Shown in pieces: positions 1 through 13,389 of a stretch of 64,000 nt of DNA (its first letter is position 1; each line of letters starts with the position of its first letter). The stretch lies in the NCBI GenBank assembly GCA_002269645.1, contig NIVC01002374.1, positions 115,628-179,627 on the forward strand, in the 5' to 3' direction. Source of the DNA: Macrostomum lignano. Lineage: Eukaryota. The position numbers and the translations under genes were made by a program. Below the pieces are notes generated by a model. The model had not been told where the DNA came from, ran no database searches, and saw nothing but the letters and a program-made list of their open reading frames with translations.

Positions 1-257
1 TTGAGGCTGCAGAGTCAATCAAGAATCGTCGCTGCTGTTGTTGCTGTTGAAGGAAAAATTGGGATTACAAAAAGTAAATCAAGTTGGATAAAACGTCCCA
101 GCTAATTATGCTAATGAGCTTCTATATTGTGCCGACTGTTCAGATTTACGGGAATTGCAGCGTTGATAAACCGCTGTTGCGATCTGATATCCTCCGCAGT
201 GATTCTGGGCTTGTGGTTAGTAGGGCCCTTCAACATAGCGAAATGTACGAATATTGT

Positions 258-720
258 GGCCACCTCCTGACACTTATTCTGGCCACCTCCTGACACTTTT
301 TCTGGCCACCTCCTGACACTTATTCTGGCCACCTCCTTACACTTATTCTGGCCACCTCCTGACACTTATTCTGGTCACCTCCTGACATTTTTCTGGTCAC
401 CTCCTGACACTTATTCTGATGACCTCCTGACATTTTTCTGGTCACCTCCTGACACTTATTTTAATGACCTCCTGACGCTTATTCTGGTCACCTCCTGACA
501 CTTATTCTGGCCACCTCCTGACACTTATTTTGGCCACCTCCTGACATTTTTTCTGATGACCTACTGACATTTTTTCTGGTCACCTCATGACACTTATTCT
601 GGCCACCTCCTGACACTTTTTATGGCCACCTCCGGACATTTATTCTGGCAACCTCCTGACACTTTTTCTGCCCACTTAATGACAGTTATTCTGGCCAGCT
701 CATGACACTTATTCTGGCTT
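258..720. repeat. 23-bp minisatellite (GGCCACCTCCTGACACTTATTCT), ~20 copies
   Basis: Direct reading. Confidence 0.95.
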
Positions 721-1734
721 ACCTTACAATAGAAAACTCTTTTAGCTTGTATCAGGATGAGTTTTAGGGTCAGCAGTCATACGTAATTTAGTTATCCATC
801 AGGTTATCAAACACCGATTTGACAAAACACTTCGACACCAGTATAAAAGTACTTATAATCTTTGCATCCAAACGCAAAATTATTATAGAGGAAGACAGGC
901 ACACACACGCTAATCCTGTCTGGACCGAACTGTCAGCCAGGCCTGATCCCTTGACCTCTGTTATAACGATCCCCAGTCAATGCGAAAGTCAATTTAATGA
1001 GAAAGTTTTAACAGAGAGAATTCTGGCCGGAATGGCAAGGCAGGAATGAAATTAATTGAATTCTGCAGGACTGCCCCGGCCGGTTGTGACCATGCAGCAG
1101 AGATTTGCGTGTCAAGGGCCAGCAGCCGCTGCAGATGCAGCCAGGAGAATGTCGCCCTCAGCTAGAAAATCGTGGGGATTTCCTGACAAGCGGGGATGGG
1201 AGTCTGGCCTTATAGATAGAGTTTTGGGGATTAAAATGGAATTACAATGTCACGCCTTGATGAATGGTGGGGTTTAAGGGGCTCAAAGGTATGTCGCATA
1301 TCTGCTGTTTATGCCTGCTGCAAGTTGCTTTAATCCTAAGCTTCGTGTGGGGACTGTGAGATCAGCTGCTGTACTAATGCTCGGATTTATGAATCTACGA
1401 GTAGTAATGGTGGACTTGTCACTCAGTTACTTGTCACTCAATTCTAAATAGAACTGGAAAACTCCAGGTGTCTATCTAAAAACTGATCCACTGAAGACCT
1501 TGAGGCCAGATGAACCCTCGGGGGGGTATCGTGCGCTCTTTGAGGAGGAGGCACCAGCCGATGATCCAGCTGGCACAACCACAAGGCTAGAGAAGCACCA
1601 AGGCAGCTGCTTTCAGTCCTGCGCTGCGAATCTGTTTAATCGGACCGCTGTTATCGCAGTTGCAGTCGGTGCTGGATCCGTATACAGATGCGTCCTGAGC
1701 AGAACCTGGCTCTTCATTTTTAATTTTACGAGCA

Positions 1735-2082
1735 TTAGAGTCAGGGGCTGTGTGCACCCTGGCGCACTTTAAGCGACATTGTCACACAACCGGCGAGAGG
1801 CATTGCTACCCATTCCGCCGAATACCCTGAGCAGGCACACAAACGCGCGGATACGTATACGCAGGCACCCACTCACACAGGAGTGTACAGCGGCCCGAAC
1901 TTCATTTATCCTTAGGGCATGTACACTTCACTGTGCCTTAGGGGTTGACCCTAAAGGGCGTTAATTGCACGAGCAGAGCCAAGCCGAGATTCCAATTTAG
2001 CCCCAAATTAGTGTGACTGCACTTGGAATCGAGCCTGGGCCGCTGGCACATCAGAGGGTCGCGCTGGACCACTGGGCTACGG
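1735..2082 (-). mobile_element. tRNA-derived SINE, near full-length copy
   Basis: Reverse complement aligns with 19311-19660 along its whole length. Confidence 0.8.
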
Positions 2083-2084
2083 AC

Positions 2085-2290
2085 CCCCTGACATATCGAA
2101 CTTCCTTGAGACATCCTCTGGAGTTTCTCCATAGAGATACGCTGGCGTCGCTCCTGTAGCTGGGTGCTACGGATTGCTCTTCCTACCAACAATGACGGAC
2201 GTCAACCGGAGTGGCGGCTCAGCGTGATCGGCTATCGGCTATCATCTCGCCCTGCTGTCATCAACTGTCGCGAGTGCCCAGCAACGGCGA
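2085..2290 (+). mobile_element. Short, older fragment of the same RTE-like family
   Basis: Colinear nucleotide similarity to ~26700-26945 (gaaacatcctctgg..gagatacgct..ctcgccctgctgtc), with internal deletions. Confidence 0.7.
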
Positions 2291-3467
2291 CGCAGAGACA
2301 GTCCTACTGTACAAAGCTGTAGTAGACTGGGCCGCTGAGCGCCGCCCAAGCGACCTGTTTAGCATTTCACAATAAAAGGTCGAGCTTGATAAACTTGCGA
2401 GAGAACCTCGGACGACACACACGCTTGGCTCGATCATTTTGAGCTGGGAAGTCCAAAATGTGAGACATTTGAGAAATTAATTGCTGAAAACTAAAAATTT
2501 GTAGGACACGCAAATTTGCAGCGGCCTGCTTCGGGCCAAGTTTTTCTGCTTCTTCCTGCCTAATAAACGAGGCTTCCTAAAGAGAAAATTTCATCCTATA
2601 GGAAACTCGGCTGGTAACGGTCGAATTCTGCAGATGAGGCCTTAGTGTCAGTTTAGCTCTGCAGGTGAGATTTTAGTGTCAGTTTAGCTCTGCAGGTGGG
2701 ATTTTAGTGTCAGTTAATTAGCTCTGCAGTTTAGGTTTGAGCTTTCTAAAATCATTTAGAATGTTTTGTTGACAAATAATATAGACTACTCAATATAGAC
2801 TAATTAATTTGAAGAGTCAAATTCGTTCTGCCATTTTGGTCAAAACAGATTTTTGCAATCAAATCATATTGGAAAGTCCAAAAGACGACACAATTTATTG
2901 ATTTGGTGCGTTTCTGCGCAGTTTTTGCGCCACTTCAAACCGACAGAAGCAATGCGTACATTTTTATTGAATCATAATTATAACCATTGAGACTTTTTAT
3001 GATGTTTATGGACACCGCGAGCTCTGAATGGGAGCTGGACATGTTGGGTCGCATTTCCATTAGATGCATTTTCACTGGGATATAATTCCCTCTATATGCA
3101 GAGTTTATTGCACCGGGGGTATTTATGATGGTGTCTGGGGGTGGGGCTGGGGTTTTAGCCAAAGTAAAGCCAAGCTCTAATTAATGCCTCCCAGGAGACT
3201 TAGCCCTGCACTGCACGCGACTGGGATAGCTAGCATAGATGCAGACGCATTCGAAAGCACAGATACGCCTGACCCCGGCATTTATAGCTATTTTGCATTT
3301 GGTCCCCAGTTTAATTGTTTAATTGCACTCAATTCGTTGGAATTGAATGTATCATTATCAGCATTTGTTCAAGTCAGCCTATAAGGTCCATTGGAAAGAG
3401 GTTGAAACTCCCAGCAACAGGACAATTGTTGAAGGTGTCCTTAGTGGCGTAGCCTTCCTATGGACAG

Positions 3468-4058
3468 TGAGGTTTTAGTGTCAGTTTAGCTGTGCAGGTG
3501 AGGTTTTAGAGTCAGTTTAGCTGTGCAGGTGAGGTTTTAGAGTCAGTTTAGCTGTGCAGGTGAGGTTTTAGAGTCAGTTTAGCTGTGCAGGTGAGGTTTT
3601 AGAGTCAGTTTAGCTGTGCAGGTGAGGTTTTAGTGTCAGTTTAGCTCTGTACATGAGGATTTAGTGTCAGTTTAGCTGTGCAGGTGAGGTTTTAGAGTCA
3701 GTTTAGCTGTGCAGGTGAGGTTTTAGAGTCAGTTTAGCTGTGCATGTGAGGTTTTAGTGTCAGTTTAGCTCTGTACATGAGGATTTAGTGTCAGTTTAGC
3801 TCTACCGGTGAGGTTTTAGAGTCAGTTTAGCTGTGCAGGTGAGGTTTTAGAGTCAGTTTAGCTGTGCAGGTGAGGTTTTAGAGTCAGTTTAGCTGTGCAG
3901 GTGAGGTTTTAGAGTCAGTTTAGCTGTGCATGTGAGGTTTTAGTGTCAGTTTAGCTGTGCATGTGAGGTTTTAGTGTCAGTTTAGCTCTGTACATGAGGA
4001 TTTAGTGTCAGTTTAGCTCTACCGGTGAGGTTTTAGTGTCTGCAGTTTAGTTCTGCAG
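3468..4058. repeat. 31-bp minisatellite (GTGAGGTTTTAGAGTCAGTTTAGCTGTGCAG); 3 further copies at 2636-2725
   Basis: Direct reading. Confidence 0.95.
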
Positions 4059-4883
4059 GTGAGATCTGTACCCAACGAGAAAACGGGATTGCTTGCACGA
4101 GAAAAGTTCCTATACATGTATTTTTTCTGGTACATGTAAGTTTGTGGTGGACGAACAAACTGCAGAGATTAATACACCAATTTCCGCAGTGGCAAACATG
4201 CTCTGCATAAGTAATTATACTTATGGAATAACTATGATTGCGGAAACTGAGTGAAGCCACGGCTCTTAGTGCGGACAAATGATCGAGTGAATTGGTCTTG
4301 GAAAGGTTTCCTATCGAAAATTACATGTACACTGTGTCCTCAAGCATATAGTAGTTTAGATCAAGGCGCCAGTACAGTTGGAGTACCATGCGATGGTAAT
4401 TGATTCTGCTGCTACGACACGCTGTGGCTTAAAGACACAGCGCCACTTTTCAATGTTAGAGGTCAAAGGCGCAAGATAGCGTCAATATGATAGTTACTTT
4501 TACATGTACATATTGGTCAGAGACGCCACTACATCAGAGCCAGGCAAATGAGGAAAATACACTGACAAAAAGCAATTGACAAGGCCAAGGATACGGCGCA
4601 AAGGAATTCCACGTCTGCGGCAGAGACCGAGTAATTGAGAGTCCCAACGAAAAGTTCTCACCGACATCAAGAGAAGCTGAAGTAATCTAATTAACTCGCG
4701 CTAACAAACTCGCAACAGTACAGGCGCGAGCTACCACCAGCTGTATATTAAGTTTCCGGATCAAAGACTGCAAAGATTTGGGATCAAGGACTTTCATAGG
4801 ATCATTATTGTAACAGACTGATAATCAGGAACAGTTGCGACCATGACCAATGGGGTTTGGGTCATGCTTTTTGCGACAATCAT

Positions 4884-5233
4884 GCACCCAATGCGTGGCA
4901 TGCCGAACAGTCGGCCTTGAATCACGCACCCATTGCGTGGCATGCCGAACAGTCGGCCATGAATCACGCACCCATTGCGTGGCATGCCGAACAGTCGGCC
5001 TTGAATCACGCACCCAATGCGTGGCATGCCGAACAGTCGGCCTTGAATCACGCACCCATTGCGTGACATGCCGAACAGTCGGCCTTGAATCACGCACCCA
5101 ATCCCAGGCATGCCGAACAGTCGGCCTTGAATCACGCACCCATTGCGTGGCATGCCGAACAGTCGGCCTTGAATCACGCACCCATTGCGTGGCATGCCGA
5201 ACAGTCGGCCTTGAATCACGCACCCAATGCGTG
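4884..5233. repeat. 42-bp tandem repeat, ~8 copies
   Basis: GCACCCAWTGCGTGGCATGCCGAACAGTCGGCCTTGAATCAC, with no spacers. Confidence 0.95.
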
Positions 5234-8039
5234 ACAAAATGAAAAAGGACTGAAGACTAGTAAAACGCGTACTTACGTACATTTTTTGCTTAATTTTACT
5301 AATCCAACAATTAAAACGGGTTTTTGATTAAAATTTGAAACCCGGATAGCCAATTACTTATAACTTAATATGTTTATTAAAATTATTGATGATATCGAAC
5401 AATCAACAGAACCAAATTAAAGGTGGCAAACTAAAGCTATTTAATTAAATCAGCAGGCAAAAAGGTAACTAATAATAATATATCATTAGGAGCCAACAAC
5501 CACAGGCTGATGCGTCGTAGGGCTGAAAAGTTTCGTGCACAGCAAAAGGAAGAGCACAAACTCGCATTGGTCTTAAGATCGAGAGAGAGAGAACGAGAGT
5601 GCCAAGGTCAGCAATAGCTGGGCCTCCACTTTGCTGGGTTAAAACAGCTCCACCCCTATCCAGCTCTCAGTCTCGCAGCAGTGGCGGCGCGGCTAATATT
5701 GCCTTAGAAGAGAGACCCGTGGGAAACTAACACATCCTCTTTTGCCAGAGAGGCGGAACCGAAATCCCCAAATCCCATTTCCCACTCACTCACTCTCCCT
5801 CCCTCATTCTCTTTCAGTTTTAAGATTATTTTTCTCTACGCAAAGCAATTTACCCGTGCACTCTCTGTTTCTCTCTCTCTTTCTCGATCTGGCTCTGAAG
5901 CCCTCGACTAGGTTATAATATAAATTCTCAACACAAATACTCGTATGCATTAAAAGGAACATTAGCCAATTAAGGCATCAAAGCCAGTAACAGTGATTCA
6001 GCGCAGAGATGCATAGTGAGCACGCATTTTTGTGTGTTTTATTATTTTTTTTCTTAAAGATTTTTGTCACACAGTAAAGTGCTCAGATAAAAAAAACTAA
6101 AACTGTACAAGCAGCAGGACAAATGATGCAGGAACTGTGTTTGTGTGTAAGTAAAATATAGCGGACTTAAACGAGTAAAAAAAACATTGGCTAACCATCT
6201 CCGAGCTACAATCAACTACTGCGGAGACGAATATTTACTAAAATAAATGGATAAAACTGAACAGAAAAAAACACACGTAAACAGCAGAGAAAAAAAGCGG
6301 CGGTGATACTCTCTGCGCTTTACTGCGAGTGGTATATAGTATAAATGCCGGATAAGATTACAGGGTAGAAGTAGATGAAATTTAAACTGAACATAAATTT
6401 CTAGAGAGTCAGCCACACGGTTACTATAGATAACTAAATAAATGACTAAACTAGTCATAGCAAAAGCTATTAATTTATTTTAATAAAACTCTCCTACGAA
6501 TAGTAGAATAAAGGGCGAACAGTGCCAGAATTAAATATAAAAAGGGGACAAAAGTGCAAACGCGCCCCAGACACGGAGCAGCACCAAGACTTGCTTGAAG
6601 AGAAATAATGAGAGACAACTGACAGTTTGCTAAGCTAAATAAAATCTCGAAAAAAACGTTTGATCAGTCTAATTCGACTACCCGAAGTTTTAGGCGAGAA
6701 AGAAGCGTTATAGACGCTGATTAAATTGTTTAGCGGAAATGAAATATTAAACGTATATACATACTTATAGGCAGTGTATTGCAAAAAGATGCTCTGATCT
6801 CTCTCTCTCTGTGTAAATGGGGGCTGTTAGATACGTACCAAGATAAATCATTAATTAACAACGAACACGCATACCAATTAGATTCGTGTAAATGTGACAA
6901 AAAGGACACAAAAAGAAGATGCACAGAAATAAAACAGAGAGGCAAAACACATCTGGATAGGGAGCATGTAAAATATTGACCATAAATAAAACAAGAAATG
7001 TCAGTTAATTAGGGGGGCCGATGCAGAACTTAAAAGAAGCGGACAAAGCTTTCTGATAGATTCTGCAACAAGGCCCAGCGAGACGGGAAATTCGAAGAGT
7101 CTTTAAGAGCAAAAAAACTTGTTTCGTATCACGCGCATTGTCAGGGTCACTAATAGCCAGGTAAAAAGTGCAAGCAGTGCGCGTTACAACACAGAAAAAG
7201 TACAACAAAATTGTTTTTTTTTCTTCACATTTTCACATTTTTGTATTTTGTATTGCTTTTTAAAAGATTTTTTACCAGCAAAAACTCTGTTACAATAGAA
7301 AGCCACAAATCGGAGCATATCATATAATTAAAAAAAAAACAAAAATAAAAAAGATAGACTTTTTAATTGCAATTTTTAAACAGGATAAAACCAGCGAGAG
7401 CAGCTCAAAAGAACATTGATAATTGCCGATAATAAAGTAATATATAAGCGTTGAGCAAATCAGAGTTAGTGTGAAGATGCGAGCGAAATCAGCCCCGCTA
7501 CAAGCACTCTATTTGACGCATAAATAAATAAATACACGTACAGTAAAATAAAAACGGATTAAGAGAATTAGACAGCAGTATTAAATCTACCAGGCGATAA
7601 TTGACTAATTAAAGCGTTAAGCCGGGTGTCCAATCAATCTGTTGAATAAATATCTAGGGTAAAAAGTGGGAGTAATTCTGACTGAGAATTATTGTCTTGT
7701 CATCTAACTAGTAAGTATTTGCCATAACAATGGGCAACGTTTCACGAGATTTCTACAGGTAACAACAAATTACAAGTATGACGTATTGATTAAGCTGTCT
7801 AGACGAATGTCCATGGCCTAAACCCAATTCGGCTACAGACTGGGAAGCCGCGTCTACTCTTTCTTCAGTAGTTTGTCTGCGCAGTGTCATTTAAATTTAA
7901 TGTGGTGACTAAAATTTCCTTTCCTTCCTCGGGGTTTGCGGCCTCGGAAGCATATCGAGTTAATTATGAACAACAGGCATTTAACTCGGGGTACACAAGT
8001 GAACGCAAGACGACAAAACTTAGTCTAGGGGGGGGTCAG

Positions 8040-8640
8040 GCCTAATCTAGCTCAGCCAATGAGAGAGCAGTAAGGACAGAGGGCAAATTTAGACGGACGA
8101 AACTCAAGCTAGGAGGCAGGCCTAATCTAGCTCAGCCAATGAGAGAGCAGTAAGGACAGAGGGCAAATTTAGACGGACGAAACTCAAGCTAGGAGGCAGG
8201 CCTAATCTAGCTCAGCCAATGAGAGAGCAGTAAGGACAGAGGGCAAATTTAGACGGACGAAACTCAAGCTAGGAGGCAGGCCTAATCTAGCTCAGCCAAT
8301 GAGAGAGCAGTAAGGACAGAGGGCAAATTTAGACGGACGAAACTCAAGCTAGGAGGCAGGCCTAATCTAGCTCAGCCAATGAGAGAGCAGTAAGGACAGA
8401 GGGCAAATTTAGACGGACGAAACTCAAGCTAGGAGGCAGGCCTAATCTAGCTCAGCCAATGAGAGAGCAGTAAGGACAGAGGGCAAATTTAGACGGACGA
8501 AACTCAAGCTAGGAGGCAGGCCTAATCTAGCTCAGCCAATGAGAGAGCAGTAAGGAGAAAGGGCAAATTTAGACGGACGAAACTCAAGCTAGGGGGGCAG
8601 GCCTAATCTAGTTTAACCAATGAGAGAGCAGTAAGGAGAG
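8040..8640. repeat. 80-bp near-perfect tandem repeat, ~7.5 copies
   Basis: cctaatctag recurs at 8041, 8121, 8201, 8281, 8361, 8441, 8521 and 8602. Confidence 0.97.
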
Positions 8641-9088
8641 AGATCAAATCAGAAACAATCGAGCAAGAGAAAAGCCTAACTGTTTATCGGCCAGGTTGGG
8701 GCTGGGGCGCCAGTCCTTTTCGATAAAACAGGATGGAGATGCTATTTTAATGGGCCTGCTTTTAGAAAGCCAGAGGCGATTGCTTTAGCTTTAAAACCCT
8801 GGGGCCTAGATATCTTGAAAATGTAATGATTTTTATTTTACTTTTATAAAGGCAAAAACGCTAATCATACTACCGAGGAAGAGTAATTAAAAGCATTTTT
8901 TGCGAGTGACAAATCTGGATATTCTATTGTAGTATCTGTGGCCTTAACCAGATTGCGGACACCCTGCCGAAACGAGCACAGCGCACTACAAAGTGTCAAA
9001 AAGATGAGCGAGAAACACAAAATATGATAAAAAAGTGATTTGCACACAAAAATAGGAGACAGTGTTCAGGGCTGAGAGACAGAGAATA

Positions 9089-9812
9089 CTGACCATTGTA
9101 TTATAAATATACAAGCTGTTGAAACCCGCGGATTTTGAACCCGGGGAATTCCAATACCCGGAACTACTTTTGCATGTATTCTGAAATCTAAAGCCATACA
9201 CAAACAAAAACTTGTTAATAGTTAGTAGGATAGAGGTAGACATAAAATGGAGCACATTCGTGTAAAATTAGGGTTTGAGACATTGTTGGCTGGGGTACTG
9301 CGCAGAATGTCAGGCAATGTCTGTCTGACTCTAAAACATATATTGCTAAACTCTGGTCTCTCCCTGACTCTCCCTACGTCCCTTGGATCCTTTAAAATTT
9401 CTATCGTCTCTTTGTTTCCTCTCATCTCTCTCGTCCCTCGTCTCTCCTCTCTCCTCTCTCCCCTCTTCTCTCGTATCTTCCCTCATCTCTCTTCTCTTTC
9501 ATCTCTCTTATCTCATCTCTTGTCTCTTCTTTTCTCTCTCCTCTCCTCTCTCCTCTCTACTTTTTCGTTTTCTCTCTCCTCTCCTCTCTCCTCTCTCTCT
9601 CCCTCTCCTCTCTCCTCTCACCCCCTCTTCTTTCTTATCTTCCTTCTCCTTTCTATTCTTTTCTCTCTTCTCTTAACTCTCTCCTCTACTCTCTCATCTC
9701 TCCCCTCTTCTCTCGTCTCTTCCCTCACCTCTTTTCTCTCTCGTCTTTGCTCTCTCATCTTTCCTTTCTCTTCTTTTATCTTTTCTCTCTTATCTCTTCT
9801 CATTTCTCTCTG

Positions 9813-9910
<98 letters not shown>

Positions 9911-10671
9911 GTCTTTCTCTCTTATCTCTTCTCCTCTCTCTACTCTCTCCCCTCTCCATTCTCCCCTTTCCTCTCCCCTCTCCTCACTCACTTCTCTACC
10001 TTTGTCTCTCCTCTCTCCTCTCGTCTCTGTAACCTCTCCTCTGTTCTCTCTACTTTCCCATCTTTTATCTGTTCACTCTCGTCTCTGCTCTCTCATCCCC
10101 CTCTTTAATCTGGCATCTCTGTCTTATATGTTCTCTCACCTCTCTCCTCTGTACTCTTTTCTTTCCCCTCTTTTGACTCCTCACTTTCCTTTCTCCTTTC
10201 TTCTTTTCTCTTCTCTTCCCTTTTCTATACTCTGTCTCCCTCTCTTCTCTCACTCCACTCTCCTCTATCCGTTATCTCTCATCTCTCCTTCCACCTCTCA
10301 TCTCTACAACCTTAGAGATGTAGAGATGTATCTTTATCTCTTCTCTCTTCCCTGTACTCTCTCATCTCTTCTTTCACCTGTTTCCTCTCTGCTCTCCTCT
10401 CTGCTGTCTCCTCTCTCCTCTCATCTGCAGCTCTCTGCTCTCTCATCTCTACTCTCTACTCTCGCTTTTCCTCTCTCCCCTCTTCTCTCCCTCTCTCTCA
10501 TCGTCATCACCCCCTCATCTCTCCTATTATCTTTTATCTTTTCTTTTATCCCCTCTTTCGCTTCTCTTCTCTTCGAATCGTCTATTCCTTCTTCTTTCCA
10601 CTCTCATCTGCCCCTCAGCCATGAGCTGGATTCTTTATCTGGCCTTTGAGGTAAAAGTCTGCCCATCCCTG
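9089..10671 (+). mobile_element. CT-rich non-autonomous element, copy 1, with a hAT-like right terminus
   Basis: The unique 300-bp left part is homologous to the reverse complement of 23710-24020. The right end TCTGCCCATCCCTG resembles hAT TIRs (CAGGGATGGGCAGA). The interior includes (CT)n at ~9815-9905. Confidence 0.55.
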
Positions 10672-11171
10672 CTTGGAAAGCCAGTTTGTGAGACGTAGTA
10701 CTCTCATGGTTGTTATCATGCTTTGATCACGTCATTTTTCTTGCAAATTTGCAGCCCTGAAAGGAATTTGGGTATCTTCAGCTCCACTGCAGTCTGCATC
10801 AGTCTAACAACCAAGGAAATACGCATTTCTTAGAAGGCCATTTAAAATTTACACGGTACCTTTAAACGAAACCTAAAATTTCCATGGTGTGCCTAATTTA
10901 GTAGGGTTGTATGTATTTCATTGCATCGCATCGCCTTTTCATAAATCTTTCGCTTTTACAAACCATGCTGGTTAGTGGATTCCCTCGATTTGCCAATTGC
11001 CAATTGCCATCCACTGTTAAACTGCTGCAGAGTTTGCCAATACAGAGGGGAGGGCAGTGGTTAGAATTTCTCACTAAACTGTCATGGCTAAACGTAGCCT
11101 CTCCACTCTGGGAGTGCAGAGAAGGCTATTAAAAAGTTATTCCAAAACACTGTACATTCGCTATGTACATT

Positions 11172-11851
11172 CAGTCCTATTGCCTGACCCTTCGTCTGGC
11201 TCTGGGGGAATGAGTGAGTGAGTGGCACAAACAACAGAAAAAGCAGACAAACTTCACATGCTTACAGTTTCTTTTTCGGTTGAGTTACAGAGTTGAAACT
11301 TTACATTTAGATAGAGAATGAGTCAATGAAGAATTGTGTCAAGTTTGAAGTCAATCGCTTTATTTGGAGCAAACTTATGGCAGCTGAAAGTTAGTCAATT
11401 TTGAAACCCTTTTACACATCTGGGCCCAGATCGGGATCGAGAAAGAGAGGCAGGCGGGCGGAGATTGGGGTGGTTGCTACGCTGAAAAAAGCAGCCTAAC
11501 TTTAAAAGTGCACAGCGCCGTTCAGGATTAACTTTGAAACTCGAAATTTTACATGATTGTTCCAAAATAGTTGAAGATTATCTGTGTCAAATTTGAAGAG
11601 AATCGGTAAAAGTGGAGCGGCGCTATGGAGGATTTAGTGAAAAAATCGCGCATTTTAAGCAGTTTTTTGTACTTTTAGGTAGGAAGACTTGAGTCTAGGA
11701 AATTAAAAGGTAGCCTAAGACATTCTCCGTAGTGAGTTTAGGGTGGGTGTAAAGTTTAGTGTAATTTGGTTGAGTGGTTTGGGAGTCCATAGCGATCAAA
11801 ATTGTCCACACACACACACACACACAGAGTTTTGATTTTTATATGTAGAGA
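11172..11851 (-). mobile_element. Non-autonomous Helitron-like element (Lep1/HINE-type architecture)
   Basis: On the minus strand it starts A|TCTCTACATATAAAAA, followed by (GT)n, internal GAAACTTTAC..GTCAAGTTT repeats and a 3' GC-rich GCCAGACGAAGGGTCAGGC segment. A canonical CTRR end is not clear. Confidence 0.5.
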
Positions 11852-13389
11852 TCAGCAAAACTGGTTACTATAAGTAGGCAGCGCGCAATTATGATTAGCA
11901 GAGCAGAAAGGTGTTAAAAATTAGCATAATCTTAAGCTCGAAACAGCTGCTTTGAGGAAGTTTGTCACTGTTAATAAATGAAAATGTGTATAGACTTAAT
12001 AAGCACTATTAAATAAGTAATTTGAATCTTAGTAAACAATGTAAAACCTGTAATTAGCACACGAGCTGGGCTAAGGGGCAAGCAGTCTGCAAAAGTATGC
12101 AACTGGGATTTCGTACACGGCGCAGACTTGATAAAAATTAAATTTGCAATTATATTAAATACATTAGAGATAATATAGAATATACATTATTTTCCATGGG
12201 AAAGCAAGTTCATTGTAAAGAATTGTAAAATGTAAACAATATATAGATACACATATATATATCAATATTTGAGGAAGTATTTTAACAGGCTTATTGGGGC
12301 CAGCATGTAACAGTGAAAGTTAATTCAAAGCTGAAATTATAATGAACTAGAAGAAAATTCCTTATTAATTTATTAAATTGACAATTAATATTAGTACATA
12401 GTAAAGGTAAACAATGAATGGTAATTTCGGGGAATGCAATGCACTGCGTGGCTGTGTGTTATCAATCACTTGTACAGTCTTGTCTCACTTCTCGCACAAA
12501 TAAAGAGCATTTTAAAAAAGCCGTTTGTATAATATAATATAATAAAGAGACACAATTGAGAAAGCACACAGAAGAGCTGGGTATAGTAAACAATAATTTT
12601 TAATAGTAAAAAAGCTGAAAAAGCAAACGTAAGCCTCTGGTTGAATTTTTTAGGGGAAAAAACGTAACCAAGGCGTAAGTATAGATGTACGCCAGGTGGG
12701 TAAATAAAATAGGGGGAAAAGTGGTTTTTTTAGCGGTGCAGCATGTTGAGACAAATATTAAAGTTCAGGGAGACTGGTGGGAGCAGCAGTGCAGTCTATC
12801 GAATCTTTCTAGCTAATTAATATACGCAAAAATACTTGCTTTTTGTGTTCGTTTTTTGTTGTTTTCTTTAAATCTTTAAAATCAAATAGCAGACAAATTT
12901 CAATGTAAAAAATAGCAACACTATAAGCAACACGTAGATAGAGGATGACTTCGAATCGCCTTGCAAAGGTGCTTAGTTGACATTGAATTGTCAAGCGCAC
13001 GAAATGATAAATGAACAAGAATTAATAAAAGGAAAATAAAATAGAAATAATAGGACAAACAGAGAGTTGGCATCTTGAGTTGCAAAATTGTTTTTGTTAT
13101 CGATAATGGTTTGGGTTGTAAACAGTAAAAATAGATTATAGACTTGAAGAAGATAGACAAGAATGAGACAAAAATGTTGCAAATATATTTTTTTGTTTTT
13201 TTTCAATATGGATAAATTTATATCCCTCACAAAAAGCGCAGTTTATCCGGAGCAATGAACGCCAGAAAAAAACTAAGAAAACATAAATCAGTCCCGACAG
13301 AGGGTCCGACAGGTAGAGTAGGATTTTGCCTGAAATTGGGACAGTGATTGTTTTTTAGTTCAATTGCTGGATGTACTACTAGGAATCTA

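Noticed and set aside
2985-3091. Candidate minus-strand exon RELYPSENASNGNATQHVQLPF..
   Set aside because: Weak donor, no recognisable domain and no compatible neighbouring exon.
4794-5282. 42-bp repeat as a CRISPR array or repeat protein (CXXC-like and multi-frame ORFs)
   Set aside because: Units are directly adjacent with no unique spacers. ORFs are open in several frames on both strands only because the unit is a multiple of 3.
7620-8966. hAT-like ends (GGGTGTCCAA / GCGGACACCCTG) enclosing the 80-bp array
   Set aside because: The match is short and no TSD was found.
9247-10649. Long Leu/Ser-rich and Arg/Glu-rich ORFs (also 22583-23805 and 38590-39601)
   Set aside because: Translations of CT/GA low-complexity DNA, which lacks stops by composition.
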